Shown here: in pieces, positions 40,255 through 55,000 of the stretch
How the letters are laid out: each line of letters opens with the position of its first letter
Position numbering within the stretch: position 1 is the stretch's first letter
Source of the DNA: the human T2T-CHM13v2.0 reference genome, Homo sapiens
DNA length: 64,000 nt
NCBI RefSeq assembly: GCF_009914755.1
Contig: NC_060930.1
Direction: 5' to 3' (one strand)
Translations under genes and position numbers: made by a program
Notes under the pieces: model-generated
Database searches by the model: none
What the model was told of the DNA's origin: nothing
Seen by the model: the letters and a program-made list of their open reading frames with translations, nothing else

Positions 40255-40515
40255 CAGTATACTTTGCAAATATTAGCCACTGAATCCTCCTCATAAGCGG
40301 ATGAGGTTGGGAATGGTGATGCTGCTGCTTCAGGGAACACCCTTTGAAAAGCAGTGTTCTGAACACTGAAGAGTTTTATACATCTCAGCCCTGAGATCCT
40401 ATAATTAATTTTTCCATTGTAGCATTAGCATATTAAAAATAAAACAAAGCTAAGCTGCTTTAGAGTTTATAACACCTATTGGCCTACTGGCCTTGGGGTA
40501 ACTGGATGTTGGCTG

Positions 40516-40816
40516 TTTTTATTTTTTTATTTTTGAGATGGAGTTTCACTCTTGTTGTCCAGGCTGGAGTGCAATGGCACAATCTTGGCTCATTGCAACC
40601 TCCACTTACTGGGTTCAAGCTATTCTTCCGCCTCAGCTTCTTGAGTAGCTAGGATTACAGGCACCTTCCATCGTGCCTGCTAATTTTTGTATTTTTAGTA
40701 GAGATGGGGTTTCACCATGTTGGCCAGGCTGGTCTTGAACTCCTGACCTCAGGCGATTCACCCGCCTCGGCCTCCCAAAGTGCTGGGATCACAGGCATGA
40801 GCCACTGCGCCCAGCG
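40516..40816 (-). mobile_element. AluSq/Sx-like, TSD gatgttggct
   Basis: Reverse Alu with gagtttcactcttgttg and gtgcaatggc. TSD on both sides. Confidence 0.9.
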
Positions 40817-42059
40817 TAGATGTTGGCTTTTTAACCAACAGCAGGCATGTGACTTTTTTTTTTTTCAATGAAAAAAAAGAGTTCTTCCAACACCCAAAGG
40901 GCAAGGCAGGCAGAAGCACAAGAAACCTGAAGTTGCAAAGAAATTCAAAATTTCTCAGCCTATTTCAGATAAAAGGAAACTCAGAGAACACCCACCACGG
41001 TTGGCAGAGTCAAATGCTAGGCAGATAAGGAACGTGTGAAGCCCGCCGGGTGCTAGGGGCGGAGCCTGTGGCACATCGCCCGGTGCTTGCCCAGTTTAAA
41101 GGCCTTTAAATTCAATTAGAAAACAAAACACTGTCTAGGTCACACAGAACATGAGCAGGGTCAGGGACTGACTGCACACTGCCAGTCTGCAGCTGCTGAT
41201 CCTTGTCCAACCTGCTTATTTTATTCAAGGGGAAAATAAGGTCACAGAGTTAGTTGGTAGCAAAAGCAAATTGTGATTTCCACACCAGGGGCTCTCCGGG
41301 CCTCTCACCATATTGCCTTTGGAGAATACAAGTCCCTAGGATTACTTTTGGGTTTTTGTAAAAATGGAGATTACAATAAAAAGAAAAGTTGAGGCTGATA
41401 GAACGTACAGCAGTTAAAATCAGCTTCCTCCTCCTCTACCAAATCAGAAAATCCTTTCGTGTTCTAGTCAACATAATGGCACCAGCTAATGAAACAAAGG
41501 GTCAGATCAGGCCATCAACTGGAAAGGGGTTTTCAAGAAACAGGTCTGTGATTGAGGAAAATACTAGCAGGTGGGAGCAGTAAGAGGTCTTCCTCTAAAC
41601 CCAAGCAAAACGGTGCATTCTCAGCAGCGGCGGAGGCTCCGAGGCCTTCTAACACCCCATGCCATCTTGCTCTGGTGCCATCTTGTTCTTGGGCCATCTT
41701 GTTTTTGACAGAGCTTGTCTCACACAGTGTCTGCCTTTGAATTTCCTGCCCACGTGGACAGGGCCATGAGGACTCTAACACTACAGAATGCTAGTTCTCA
41801 GCCAAGTCCTGCACAGGGAATTTAGTGACAGCATCCTCCCTGAGTCTCAGCCATCTCTGGGGTGAATTCCTCTCGCCCCATGTATCAGGTGGGGACAAGG
41901 CCTCAGTGAGCAGGGCTCTCACATACCCCACAGGTGACTCGACAGGTCACACTGCGTGTATCACATGCATGCCCTGCTGCATGCACAGCTTGGACTGGCA
42001 AATAGATGCTAAGCTGGGGGCTCTTCTTTCCTGGGGGCTCCATCTCTCCCTCCAGTTCT

Positions 42060-42118
42060 ATAGATTGGTGCCATTATTTTTAATGGCAAAAACCGTAATT
42101 ACTTTTGCACCAACCTAA
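42060..42118. mobile_element. MADE1 mariner MITE with a deleted left arm
   Basis: Right half taatggcaaaaaccgtaattacttttgcaccaacctaa followed by TA. About 20 bp of the left TIR is lost at a tgc microhomology. Confidence 0.85.
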
Positions 42119-42163
42119 TAAGATATCTGAGTTTATAAATGAGCTGACTGAAATCTGGACTCA

Positions 42164-42479
<316 letters not shown>

Positions 42480-43155
42480 CTAGGAGTGCCTGCTGGAAGT
42501 TGTAGAAAATGCACACACACAGATTTGCACCTCACCTAACTCAGCAGTTAAGCAAATGTTTCCCAAGAAGGTGGGAGGCTGCGAGTCAGAATGTGTGTGT
42601 GATCATCCACTTGGGTGGCGGGAAGGAGGAGACAGCACCTCCATGCCACGCCCACATTGTTCTCACCTGGACTGCCATAGTCGCCTGTGACCAGGGCTTT
42701 TGCTACCAAAGAGTTCTTCCCTTTAATCCATCTGACATCCTGCTGGCAGGTTACTGCCCCTAAAGCCCAGCTCTGTTCTATTTCAATACTGCTAAAAATG
42801 CTACGTCAGTCCAAATTCTGAGCCCACCAACCATGGTCCTCCATGATTTCGTCCCAGGCCTATTCCCCTTCTCACAGGCTGCTCTTCTCACATAACTCAA
42901 TGTTCCTGGCAAGCCAGGTGGCTGCAAGCCCTACACTGCCACAGCAGCGAGCTCCTTGAAAAGGAAAACCACTCTGTCACCTGTGTCCTTCCTAACGTCT
43001 AGCATTGTATTCAGCACTTACCAGAGGCTCAACACGCCCTGAATCAGACCACAGAAATCAGACCACAGAAATCAGGCACAACTTCCATGTGGAAATTTAT
43101 TACCCAATGTGTTCAGCTAAGAAATTGAGTAAATTAAGAAATAACTGTAGTAGGC

Positions 43156-43462
43156 TTTTTTTTTTTTTTTTTGACAAGGTCTCCCTCTTTTACCTAGGCT
43201 GGAGTGCACTGGTGTGATCACAGTTCACTGCAGCCTTGACCTCCTGGGCTCCAGTGGTCCTCCCACTTCAGCCTCCCACTTCAGCGTCCCTATAGCTGAG
43301 ACTACAGGCACATGCCACCATGCCTGGCTGATTTTTAAAATTTATAGTAGACAAGGTCTTGCTACATTGCCCAGGCTGGTCTTGAACTCCTGAGCTCAAA
43401 CAATCTTCCTACCTCAGCCTCCCAAAGTGCTGGAATTACAGGTGTGAGCCACCACTCCTGGC
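43156..43462 (-). mobile_element. AluJ with an internal 13-bp tandem duplication
   Basis: Reverse AluJ containing ctcccacttcagcctcccacttcagc. Confidence 0.85.
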
Positions 43463-44167
43463 AGACTAGCTTTATTAAGCATATTTACACAAGGGCATGA
43501 GCATCCGTCATGAATGTAGCCTCTGAGGGCTCTGCGCTAAACACAAATGCAGAGTTCCTCAGGGCTGCTTCAACCACAGGAGAGCCAGGAGGCCTGTTTG
43601 TTGGAGCAAATCGCCAGCCCACCCCACACAGTTGCACTCAGTGACTATGTGTGCCTAAGGCGGAGGTGCCATTTACAGAGCTGCCAGTGGTGCTGCTGGG
43701 GAGAGTGGTGAGTATTCAGGGAGGCCTTGTAGGTGCCAGGTACTGGGCACAGTGCCTTTTATCATCTGCACAACAAGCTCTGTGTTAAGTGTTACAATTC
43801 CCTTTTTTTTTTTTTTTTTAAATCCTGCCTTGTCCTGCCCCCAGTGTTAACATTCTTATTTGAAGCTTGGGAAAAACTAATTCATTGACTCCCATAAACG
43901 CAGTTAGCAAAAGGAAGAGCTAGATTTCAAGCCCAGGCTCCTGCAGAGCCCTGGTGGGAAGGTAACAAGAGGCAACAGGGCAAGGACCCGGGCAAGTCTT
44001 TCCTGTGTACCATGTGCTCGGGCCCCACCGAGGGCAAGGACAGCCTGGTGTGGCGACAGGCTCGCAGAGGCCACAGGCTGGGCTCGGCCTTGGTGATCCA
44101 CGAGGACTCCCTCAGATCCTGGGTTTTCCAATTCGTGAAAGGAATGTGGAACAAGATCAGGAAGTTG

Positions 44168-45051
<884 letters not shown>

Positions 45052-45781
45052 GTTGCATCCTTAAAGTTTTACCACTTCATAATTATGTGATAATGTTTGT
45101 AATAAAGAGAACAATGCTATTAGAGATTTAAAAGCCTATACAGAATTAAACGTGGCAGCACTGAGTTTAATTATGTAAGATGATGTCACCTTTGGGGTTT
45201 CTTGCTCTTGTCTGAGAACATTAGCTCCTTCTAGTCTAGAACCACTATTCCATCAACACTGACCAGATGGGGAACATGGAGCAAGAGAGGTCCAAAGGAG
45301 GTACCCAGGAAGCCCCAACGGAGAAAGTAACCCCAAGACTGAAGCCTGAGCAATTTGGTGGAGGTGCCAGATGAAGAGAGGATGTGTGTGTGGAGAGCAC
45401 AGAGCTGCAGAGGGAAGAGCAGGGTCGAGGGGAGGGAGGAGCCAGTCATTTCTTAAGTGATGCAATAGCTCTGTGGCTATTATTGCCATTGCAGCTGAAA
45501 TCCATGTCAGCCTCCTACCAATCAGGATTTCGTATCCTTTAAAACTCCTCTTCCAACTTTAATAAAAATTAAAACAGTGTGCTTTCCCCCACCCCCAATC
45601 TGATAATCCACCACCAGGCACACAGGCCTTAGATGAAGACAGATGGTGATCTGTCTTCAAAGACTTTGTCAAGCTTTGTTACAAAGCTTTTTGTTTTCTG
45701 TTCATTCCCCAGGTGCAGCTGAGTTCCCAAGCCCTGGTCCTGTCCCTCCTGGGGTGACAGCCTCCACTTTCCAATTCATAA

Positions 45782-46335
45782 TGTCAGAGGCATGTGAGCC
45801 AGAACAACTCCATCTTAAACAGGAGCTGGGTAAAATGAGGCTGAAACCTACTGGGCTGCATTCCCAGATGGTTAAGGCATTCTAAGTCACAGGATGAGAC
45901 AGGAGGTCGGCACAAAAGGCAGGTCATAAAGACCTTACTGATAAAACAGGTTGCAGTAAAGGAGCCGGCCAAAACACACCTAACCCAAGATGGCCACAAG
46001 AGTGACCTCTGGTCGTCCTCACTGCTACACTCCCAGCAGCGCCATGACGGTTTACAGATGCCATGGCAACGTCAGGAAGTTACCCTATGTGGTCTATAAA
46101 GGGGAGGCATGAATAATCCACCCCTTGTTTAGCATATCATCAAAAAATAACCATAAAAAAGGGCAACCAGCAGCTTTTGCGGCTGCTCTGTCTATGGAGT
46201 AGCCATTCTTTTATTCCTTTACTTTCTTAATAAATTTGCTTTTACTTTGCACTGCGGACTGGCCCCGAACTCTTTCTTGGGTGAGATCCAGGAATCCTCT
46301 CTTGGGGTCTGGATCAGGGCCCCTTTCCTGTAACA
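45782..46335 (+). mobile_element. MER41A ERV1 solo LTR (554 bp), TSD ataa
   Basis: Starts tgtcagaggc, ends ccctttcctgtaaca. ataa on both sides. Lacks the GAS-containing segment of MER41B (aggggagg joins catgaataatcc directly). Confidence 0.92.
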
Positions 46336-48854
46336 ATAATGGCTGAGGAACATCTGAGCCTCCTTATGTAAACATATGAAATTAAAAATGTGTCCATGAG
46401 AATACAGCTTCCCTCCTCTCCTCTCCCCACAGGGGAGGTGCTTCCTAGCCCAGAGAGCGCTCCCACAAAAGCGGTATTATCCAGGAGGGATGGCCTGGAG
46501 AAGGGAATGGTAAGGGCAGGGGCTTTGAAATTGGTTGGCATTTCCATTTTCCAAGTACCAGCTATACGAATGACATTGAGCAAGAGGCTTAACATGCTTA
46601 TGACTCTCTTATGAATGGCAAGAGGTACTATCTGGAAGAAATGTTTGTCAGAGTCAAAGAAAGTGATGATATAAGGTAAAACGCCCGCCGGTCACATTCT
46701 CTCTAGGGCCTTCAAACAGCACGTTAGTATAATAATTCAGGGACACATTTAAACAGCCCTGTGGGCTGGCCTGGGGACCCATACGTAACCGCAGCAGAGT
46801 CTATGACAAATTGCCCCTTTAGTTCCAGGTAACCATGAGATAAATGAACTTTTGTAAAAGTTGATAATTCTTGCAAAAGTTGGGAACATCTTGCATAAGA
46901 ACGGCAACTTGGAAAGTGACTCGATTTCTAACCACAGTATGAGGAGCTTTGTAACCGATCCTTTGTGTAAAGGCCAAAAACGATTTTCAAGGTCCCATGT
47001 GAAAAAGCAGGAGACAATTGCCGTAGCAAATTTATAAAGTGACAGAGTGCGGCCCTTATGGAAAACAGATGGGGCTACTGGGAAAAGGGCAGCCGCATGA
47101 CGTGCTAGAGACATGAGAACCGAGAGACTGTCCTTAGGTACTTGTGGGTTTTGATGGGATCTGTCTGGAAAGGATACATTTACCATTTGGGAAAACAGAA
47201 ACCAGGGCAATATGAGTTTACAGGAATGATATTTAAAGGACTCATGTCTTCAAGCTTATGCTCCTTCTTTCAGGATCAGGTTGAATGAGGAGGGGCCGGT
47301 CTCTCATGTTACACATAACCTTTGGCATTCCCATCACCAATGCCTGCTATGGCACCTTCCCCTCCCTTCACAGGGTTGAAGGTGGCCTGCTGTGAAGTCA
47401 GGGGTCACATGGCTCCTGTGAGCTCCTGGCTCTGAAGGACACACATTCGGAACATACAGCATTTAATATAGAGAAACAATCCTCACACAGAGGTTGCTGA
47501 GAGGCTGGCCCGAGTCACAGATGACCTCAGAAGCTGTTTTGAGATTCATTGGAAAGAGGGTTTCTCAGAAAGCCCTCCCTCCGATCAAGCTGAGAGGAAA
47601 AATGTTAAATATGAAGGATTGAAATGCTAAAAAAAAGTTATGCCATTGAAGCATACTTTTTGTTGTAGTTGTTTCAAAAGATTTTGTTCCAAAAGCCTAA
47701 CTTTTATACAGTGCAAGAGGCTGTTTCAAGGTGAGGTTTAGAGGACACACCTGAAACTTTTTAGAATGGCAGATGTCAGACCTCACTAGAAAACTCCGAG
47801 GTGGATGGGTTTTGTTCTCTCTCTCTCTCTTCTTCCAACTCCTTGGGTCCAGAACATGAAAACCCAGAAAAAAATCACAGTATTACTCTACTTAGGATGT
47901 GACTCTGTAGTCACTGGTTAATCACTGCTCTGGTGTTAGATGACATTCAAATGTAAATGCTGTGATTACCAAACCATCTCAGACTTCTGGGGTAAGTGTT
48001 CAGCCAGCACTTCTGATTCACGCTGGGCTGCCTTTGACAGAGTTGGCAGAAAAGAAAAGAAGCAAAAGAGAAGAAACCACACGCACAATTCATTGGTCAT
48101 CTGTTGTGACCGAAGCTTCCCTGTCAAGCGAGGGGGGTGGGGGCGGGGGAGCGCAGGAAACTGAACACAAGCTGGGAATAAAATTTCAGACTGGGGCCAT
48201 CCTTTCCACACCTGTAAATCCTTTAAAAGAAAAGTTAATGGATTTTAAAAAAAATCATACAACTTAAGTCTTCTTGTACTTCTTTCATTTCCTAAACAAA
48301 TCCTAGGGCCCAAGTGATTATCTATATTTCGATTCATGGATAGAGGAAGACATCTGTTCAGTAGCATTAAGAAGAAAATCTTTCTTCTTAATGAAAGATT
48401 AATGAAGCTTTAATTAAGATTTCTTCTTAATGAAAGCTGCTAGTTTAGGTTCAGCAGCTCCTAAACTAGCATTTTGTTCCTCTAGGTACATACTATGGGT
48501 TTAAATTTTAGGTGTGTCTGCGTGAAAATGAAAACTTATTCTCAGTTACCGTTTTGTTTCAAGATGGAAGCCTCAATTTGAAATCCAGCCCAATGTGGTT
48601 TGCTGTTTTAAGGCCATGTGTCTCCTTAACATAACTCTTTTTCAAAAAGTCATTGGGTGGCCAACAAATTGAGATAAAACAAAATTTAAAGGAATACCTT
48701 ACTTCATTTAGGCAACCGAATACTAAAATTTGAAATTCAGAATGAAGTACAGCCCCAGAAACTATGGAAGTGAGGCCACTAGGGTTCACGGCTCACCTCC
48801 TTTGAAACACACACACCTCTTTCTCTCTCCCAGTCTGCAGAGGTCCCTGAAAAC

Positions 48855-49000
48855 AGTGCTTCTCAAAGGTGGGGCCTCCTTGACCCACAGCATCAGAGTC
48901 CCCCGGGGCCCTGAGCCCAGATTCCCAGAAACAGATGCTTTCCAGATGGAGCCCAGGAAGCCAGTAGATGGGGGGTCCAGGAGATTCAAACCTTGAGGAG
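48855..49000. mobile_element. MER5-like MITE fragment
   Basis: cagtgcttctcaaag...agcatcagagtcccc...cagattcccag. Confidence 0.5.
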
Positions 49001-49083
49001 CTTTTGCCGTCAAATGTCAGCAAAATTGCTGGGATTTCTCATCTGCCTGAAACTGCCATCGTACAAATAACACCTTCACATTA

Positions 49084-49593
49084 GTGCTGGGGATGAAAAC
49101 CTTTTCCTCCACCCTCCTAGGGTCAGTGCTTGGGGCCTGTGAATTAAACTGACAAAAGACAGGCTGGCAAGAGGAAAGACAAAGTTTAATCACATATGTA
49201 TACCGGCAGGAGAGTGCAAAAAATGGCTCAGAGAAGAGGTTGGAATTTGGGGCTTTATATACCATCCTAATGCAGGGAAGGGGTTAGGATTTCAAGAGAC
49301 AAGAAATAGTGGGAAATGACAGAGAAATACACGGGGGAAATAATATAAGAGAAGGTTTGTTTTAGTAAGGTGTGTTTATGCAATTTCTCATCCTGCATCA
49401 ACTTCTCATCTTCACCTCTGCTGGGAGAAATCTCCCTTAAAGGGGGATTTATGACAGTTGAATTCTTCGGGAAAGCTCTGTTTCTAGGTAGATGGGGGAG
49501 TTCCGACAAAGCTGCGTCCTGCATCTGCTGGTTCTCAAATGCTGTCAGCTCACAACAGTCCTTATGGCCAGTGGCATATTCTGGACCACTTCA
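49084..49593 (-). mobile_element. MER34-family ERV1 solo LTR, same orientation as SLC22A23
   Basis: Reverse of the same family as 44168-45051 (ttttcctccaccctc...aactgacaaaagacag...gtttatgca...tgcatctgct...cagctca...ccttatg...gtggcatattctgg). Confidence 0.7.
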
Positions 49594-49815
49594 GCAGCAA
49601 ACAGAGACACTGCATTTCCACATCTATTCCCAACCACACTCTTGCCTCGTAAACAAGTGCTAATCCCATTTAACAGGGAGGCCCCAAGAGGTTAGTTACC
49701 AAATAGGCCTTAGGTCATATGGTTTATAGTATCTAGGACTTGAATTCAGATCTTTGGATTTTAAACACCAGATTTATCCTTTAAGAACGAAGGAAACATC
49801 TCCAGCCCCTGCAAA

Positions 49816-49845
49816 TACACACACACACGCACACACACACACACA
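49816..49845. repeat. (CA)n microsatellite
   Basis: tacacacacacacgcacacacacacacat. Confidence 0.9.
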
Positions 49846-50427
49846 TCCTCATCATTTAGACATAATGTCCTCGTTTTAGACATCTTTTTTTCAATAAGAC
49901 TAGCACAATTTATCACCATGACCATTAATGAGACCAGCTCTTAACAAGCTAAGCTTATCAATGAGGGCTCTCTCCCATGTTTGTCGAGACGTAATTAAAT
50001 ACTCAGCAGCCGGCCAAATGTCGAAAGACCCTAGGTCGCTCTTGAATTGCCCATCTATCTGCTTCTGAACATAATGACGTTGACTGATGACCTTGGGGAG
50101 CTGGCTGTATTTAAGAGAAGAGCCAATCACTGTCAAACATTGGTGCCGAACAGAGAGCAGCCCTTAAATACATACACACAAGAAGCAATGAAAAAATGTT
50201 TCATTTGGGAAAGAAGACAGAAGGCACAGGATGGCAGAAGAAGGAACTTACATTCTATAAATATTGAGAATATTTTCTCAAGTAAATTTTAGATTCGATT
50301 CGCTTATTCCTAAGTTAGAAAATATTTTAAGAGGATTTTTGCTAAGGGGAATGGTACACGAATTAGAATCTACTGTCCAGTCTCTGACAGCACTGGGGAA
50401 TGCCTTGGTTTCTGTGGCTTTTTCTTC

Positions 50428-50560
50428 CAGAACTGCATTGTCCAATACAGTGGTCACATATGGCTATTTAAACTTAAATTAATTAAAATTAGGTACAAGT
50501 AAACCTTCAGTTCTTCAGTTGCACTGGCCACACTTCAAGTGTTCTATTGGACAGCACTGA
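50428..50560. mobile_element. MER3/MER33-like hAT MITE with internal deletions
   Basis: ttgtccaata...tggctatttaaacttaaattaattaaaatt...ttcagttcttcagttgcactggccacac...tattggacagcactg. Confidence 0.75.
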
Positions 50561-51715
50561 TCTAGAATCTGATGTTAACATGTCAAAATGAAAACACCTT
50601 CCTAGCATTCTCAATGACATGTAAGTAAGAAGGAGGGGAAAACCAAACAAATTTTTTAAAAAAGTAGTATTTCACATATATGGAAAAAGCATAAGAAATA
50701 ATAGAGAATACCCAAAACAGCTTGGCCAAATCTCTACATGTGCCATATTCTCCTCCCCTCTTTCCTTCCCCTTTTCTAGCAGAAGCTCTACTGGATCCCT
50801 TTGATGAGTCTAAAGGGCTGTATTGAAAAGTTCAAAGGACACAAGCGGTAGTGTCTGACACGACCATGTGGTTAAGAACCTGGGCTCTGGGGCCAAACAG
50901 CCTGGGTTCTAAATTTTCTGGGAAACTAAAAGCCATTCTATAATGTTTGGGATTTCATTGAAGGTTAAAATGAAACTAATTTGTACACATAGAGTGATGT
51001 ATAAAGATCCTTTTTCTGGAGGTAGAAGTGAACAGCGTGTCTTGAAAGAACCAATTCCAAACTTTAAGCATATTGAAATAAGTAAGCGTTAGGCAATCAC
51101 GAACTCCTTCAGTATCACATTTTGGTCCTTATAATTTCAGAAGCAAGCTTCTTGCAAACTATCCACCTGCTGCCTCCTTAAAATGGGGTAAAGGTGCTTC
51201 TGGAGCTAGAAGCAAACACAGGAGAAAACTCATTTCTTGGCAGCACTGGCAGCCTGGGCTGAGGAAACCATCTTCCTAGTCTTGATGTTCAAGAAATTTT
51301 AAGTATCAGGAAACAAGTGGACTCCTCACTGAGCAAACTTCCTTTATACAAAGAAAGTGGCCATTTGTTGTCCAGTACTTGACTAGACAAAAGACCCACG
51401 GCTAAGACTGTAATAAATATGTCCCTATGTCTGAATGCAAAGAACAATTGGCTTTGTCAGAATTCTTAACTTTCTTTTATCTTAGTGTTACTTCTACTAC
51501 ATTCCCAAATTCAGTAGACTCCTAGCATCAGCATCTAGGGAATTAGCACACAGAGGTGTCTGAATAGGTACCGAGGTTCATTCAAATGACTGAGAAACGA
51601 AAGATACATGTTGAGTTTTATATAGTCCATCTCCAGTCAACTTAAGAAAACAACTTCTTAGAGGGAAAGCACTCACTTTTAAGTTACAAGGAAAGTACCA
51701 GTAGTTTATATCTCT

Positions 51716-52021
<306 letters not shown>

Positions 52022-55000
52022 TAGTAGTTTATATTTCTAAAAATATGGTGCCCTTCCCAGGACAAGAGGATAAGAGAAACGTGGGACTTGTATTTATATG
52101 GAATTGAGATGGTCAAATGCTTGTTGACTCAGTAATACATTTCTATCATTATGTAAAACCAAGTCTGCCTCCAAATAATCATGAAGTAGAACTGGCCTAC
52201 CTGCTGCTAAGCAGATTTTGTTTTTGTTTCAGTTTTCTATTTATAACCTGCTGTACATATAGCCGAGCTTGTTTCTTATTTTGGTGTCTCCCGTTCTCCG
52301 AGAGTGTTGGCTGCTGTGGCCTTCCTTGATATTGCAGAATACACTGAGCAACATGGTACACACGCTTGCTGTCAGCTGTCATACTGCCACTAAACAGCTT
52401 CCACTTCAGCATTTGAAATGTTCCACTTACAGCCTATGAGTGATTCAGCCTGGTGCCAGTGAAACTTTTCCTGCCTTGAACTGCTCAAAGCCCAAGCAGG
52501 CTCCTGGACGTTCAAGGGCACAGACTCTCTTTGAATGTGCACGATGCCAATCTGACAGGCCAGCGCCACCTCTGCTCGGGTCCCAGCTCAACGTCTCTGC
52601 TGACCTGCTCACACGTTCATGTACCTCTAAAACCCAGCATTGCACGTCTGAAGCTGCAATCACCCCTGCCCCTCTCCGCACAAAAGCCAGCCCTTCCATC
52701 CACTTCATGTCTGTTAATGACCCATGCATTCCCTCAGTCACCCCAGGATGAGAACTGGGGGCAGCAACCCCTTCCTCCCCTGCATGGATGAAGTCCCAGT
52801 CCAGCCAGCTTCCTCCCTGCAAATCCTCTTAGTGACTGTGCACCCCATTGCCGCTACTCTGTTCCAGCTTGGGTAGGGTCCCCTCCGTATCTGCTGCCAC
52901 ACAGCTTACAAGGGCATTCCCAAGCAGGCAAGTGGCTCTTTAAACCCTTGTGTTGGCATTGCATTCCTGTGTCATCACATCCAGATCCTGGGCAGGCATG
53001 AAACACCTCCAGCTACTCCCAGCTGCACCATCCCACAGCCTCTTGGGAGTCCATGGGAGCTGTGCCCATTCCCTGGCCATCCCTCAGACCCACCTTCCAC
53101 TTGGTTCCCTGTCATGCCTTTGCTCAGCTCAGTCCTACTAGAAATAGTCTGCCCTTGCTGACACCCAGGATGAATTCTAACCTAGGACCTGGCAAAGCTG
53201 TCTTGGGTCAGGGCACACATATAACACAGAGCATATACCCCCTAGTAGCATCTAAAGGACAACATACATACATTTTAACTTTTCACATTAAACAAAGATA
53301 CTATGGGAATTCCCTGAAAATACAGACATATGTATTAAGGGAATCACCAATAACCCAAACACCCAGTGTTCATATTTTAGTATATTTCCTCCCAATCTTT
53401 CACAACGTTTTTTTTTAAATGGTTATCAGTTTGCTTTTGTTATTTTACATTATGTTGCACACATTTCCCCAAGTCATTAACTACCCCCACGCTGTGATGT
53501 CCTGTGAGTGCCCGAAGTTTGACCGTGCAGCCACGCCACTCATGGACTTAACCCCTCGCATCACTGCGGGACATTCAGCAGCTTCCTATTTTGTACGGTT
53601 GCGTTGTCTTACACGCACATGCATCTGTCCCCCCAACTGGACCCTAGCGTTCTTGTGGGCCATGTCCTTCTCTCACACTTCCTCGCACCCCTCAGGATGG
53701 TGAAGAGCTGACACAGAGAAGACTCTGGTGAGTGTTGGCGGCTGACCTGAGCAACCAACCCCCAACATTGGAGCATCATCACGGCTGACCTCTGAGAGCT
53801 GAACTGCACAGGAGAATTTAACTACACCAGGAGCACTTAGTCATTCCTTCCCCTGGGTAACAGGAGGCAGGGCCCAGCCATGCAATGAACTGCCAAATGC
53901 CTCAGGTATCTGCTTGATCTCTTGGGTCTCCTAAGCTGCTTCTCTCCCAGCCTCCCTCTCTCATTCATCGCTCGTGTTGGCTACCTCCTGGTTCTTCTCA
54001 ATGGTCTTCTCTTTCTCCTCCTACTTTACATTTTCTGATCTATACTTTTTAGCATAAAAATCTGATTTTTTTATGACTTCATATTGAATTTTTTAAAAGT
54101 CTGATATTTTCTCATTATTCCTCTAATCTCCACTGGAGACTCACTTTATGCACAAGATTCCTGAGTCTTTGGCTTGGCATAGGAGGTCCTACACAGTCTG
54201 CCCTGCCCTCAGGCTGTGGCCAAGAGCCCTTCCTTCTACTGCTAAAGATGAAGCTCTGCCCAGCATCGGGAGGTGTGCGGCTGTTGCCCCAGCCTGGACG
54301 CCCTCCTGTCTCTGCGTGGTGATGTGTCATCATGGAGGCTTTTGCTCTCCACTCCTTCATCTAACTCAGGCCTCACTGGCTCTCTTATCTCACTGCAGGC
54401 TTCTCCTTCATGGCACCTGTCCCAGCTGTGGGGGACACACTTATCTAGTTACCTGCATGCTGTGTGTCTCCTGCTCTGGAAGGCTCCAGGAGGAAAGAGA
54501 CATTCTTTTTGTTTTCTTCAGTCCCAACCCTCTAATCCTTGGTGCCTGCACGTTCCACGATTCCATGCTTGGGGACGGAAGGATGTGGGGATGTGGGGAA
54601 GTGAGGAAGGGAATTGGTTTCTGACCATGGCCTGGAACAGCTACTACAACGGAGGGGTCTGGCCTCTGAACCAAAGCCTAGGCGCCATCTTTCCTGGAGC
54701 AGGAGCTGTATTTTTCTACAAGCTTCTGTTTTCTCTTCTTACCTGAGCTTTGGGTGACTTGTGGCCATCTGCTCAGAGTGACAATAGCAGTCTGCATTGT
54801 GTTTATCTTGCTCTCAGTTTCTTTATTTAGCAAGGCCACTGTCTTCTTACTGAGTCCCATCTGCACCTAAGTGAGTGCACACTATAGAATCCGGCCCTGT
54901 TGATGGAAAAATGCAGCCCACCATTCGGCACTTACTAGCCTGGCAATCACACGAGCATCCACCACATTCCCGGCACGGAGCTGGGTGTGGTGCCCTTCCC

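Noticed and set aside
42060-42120. miR-548-type hairpin from MADE1
   Set aside because: About 20 bp of the left arm is deleted, so the long pre-miRNA stem cannot form.
45782-46335. MER41 as an interferon-gamma/STAT1 enhancer
   Set aside because: This copy is the MER41A type and lacks the tandem GAS (TTCnnnGAA) segment found in MER41B.
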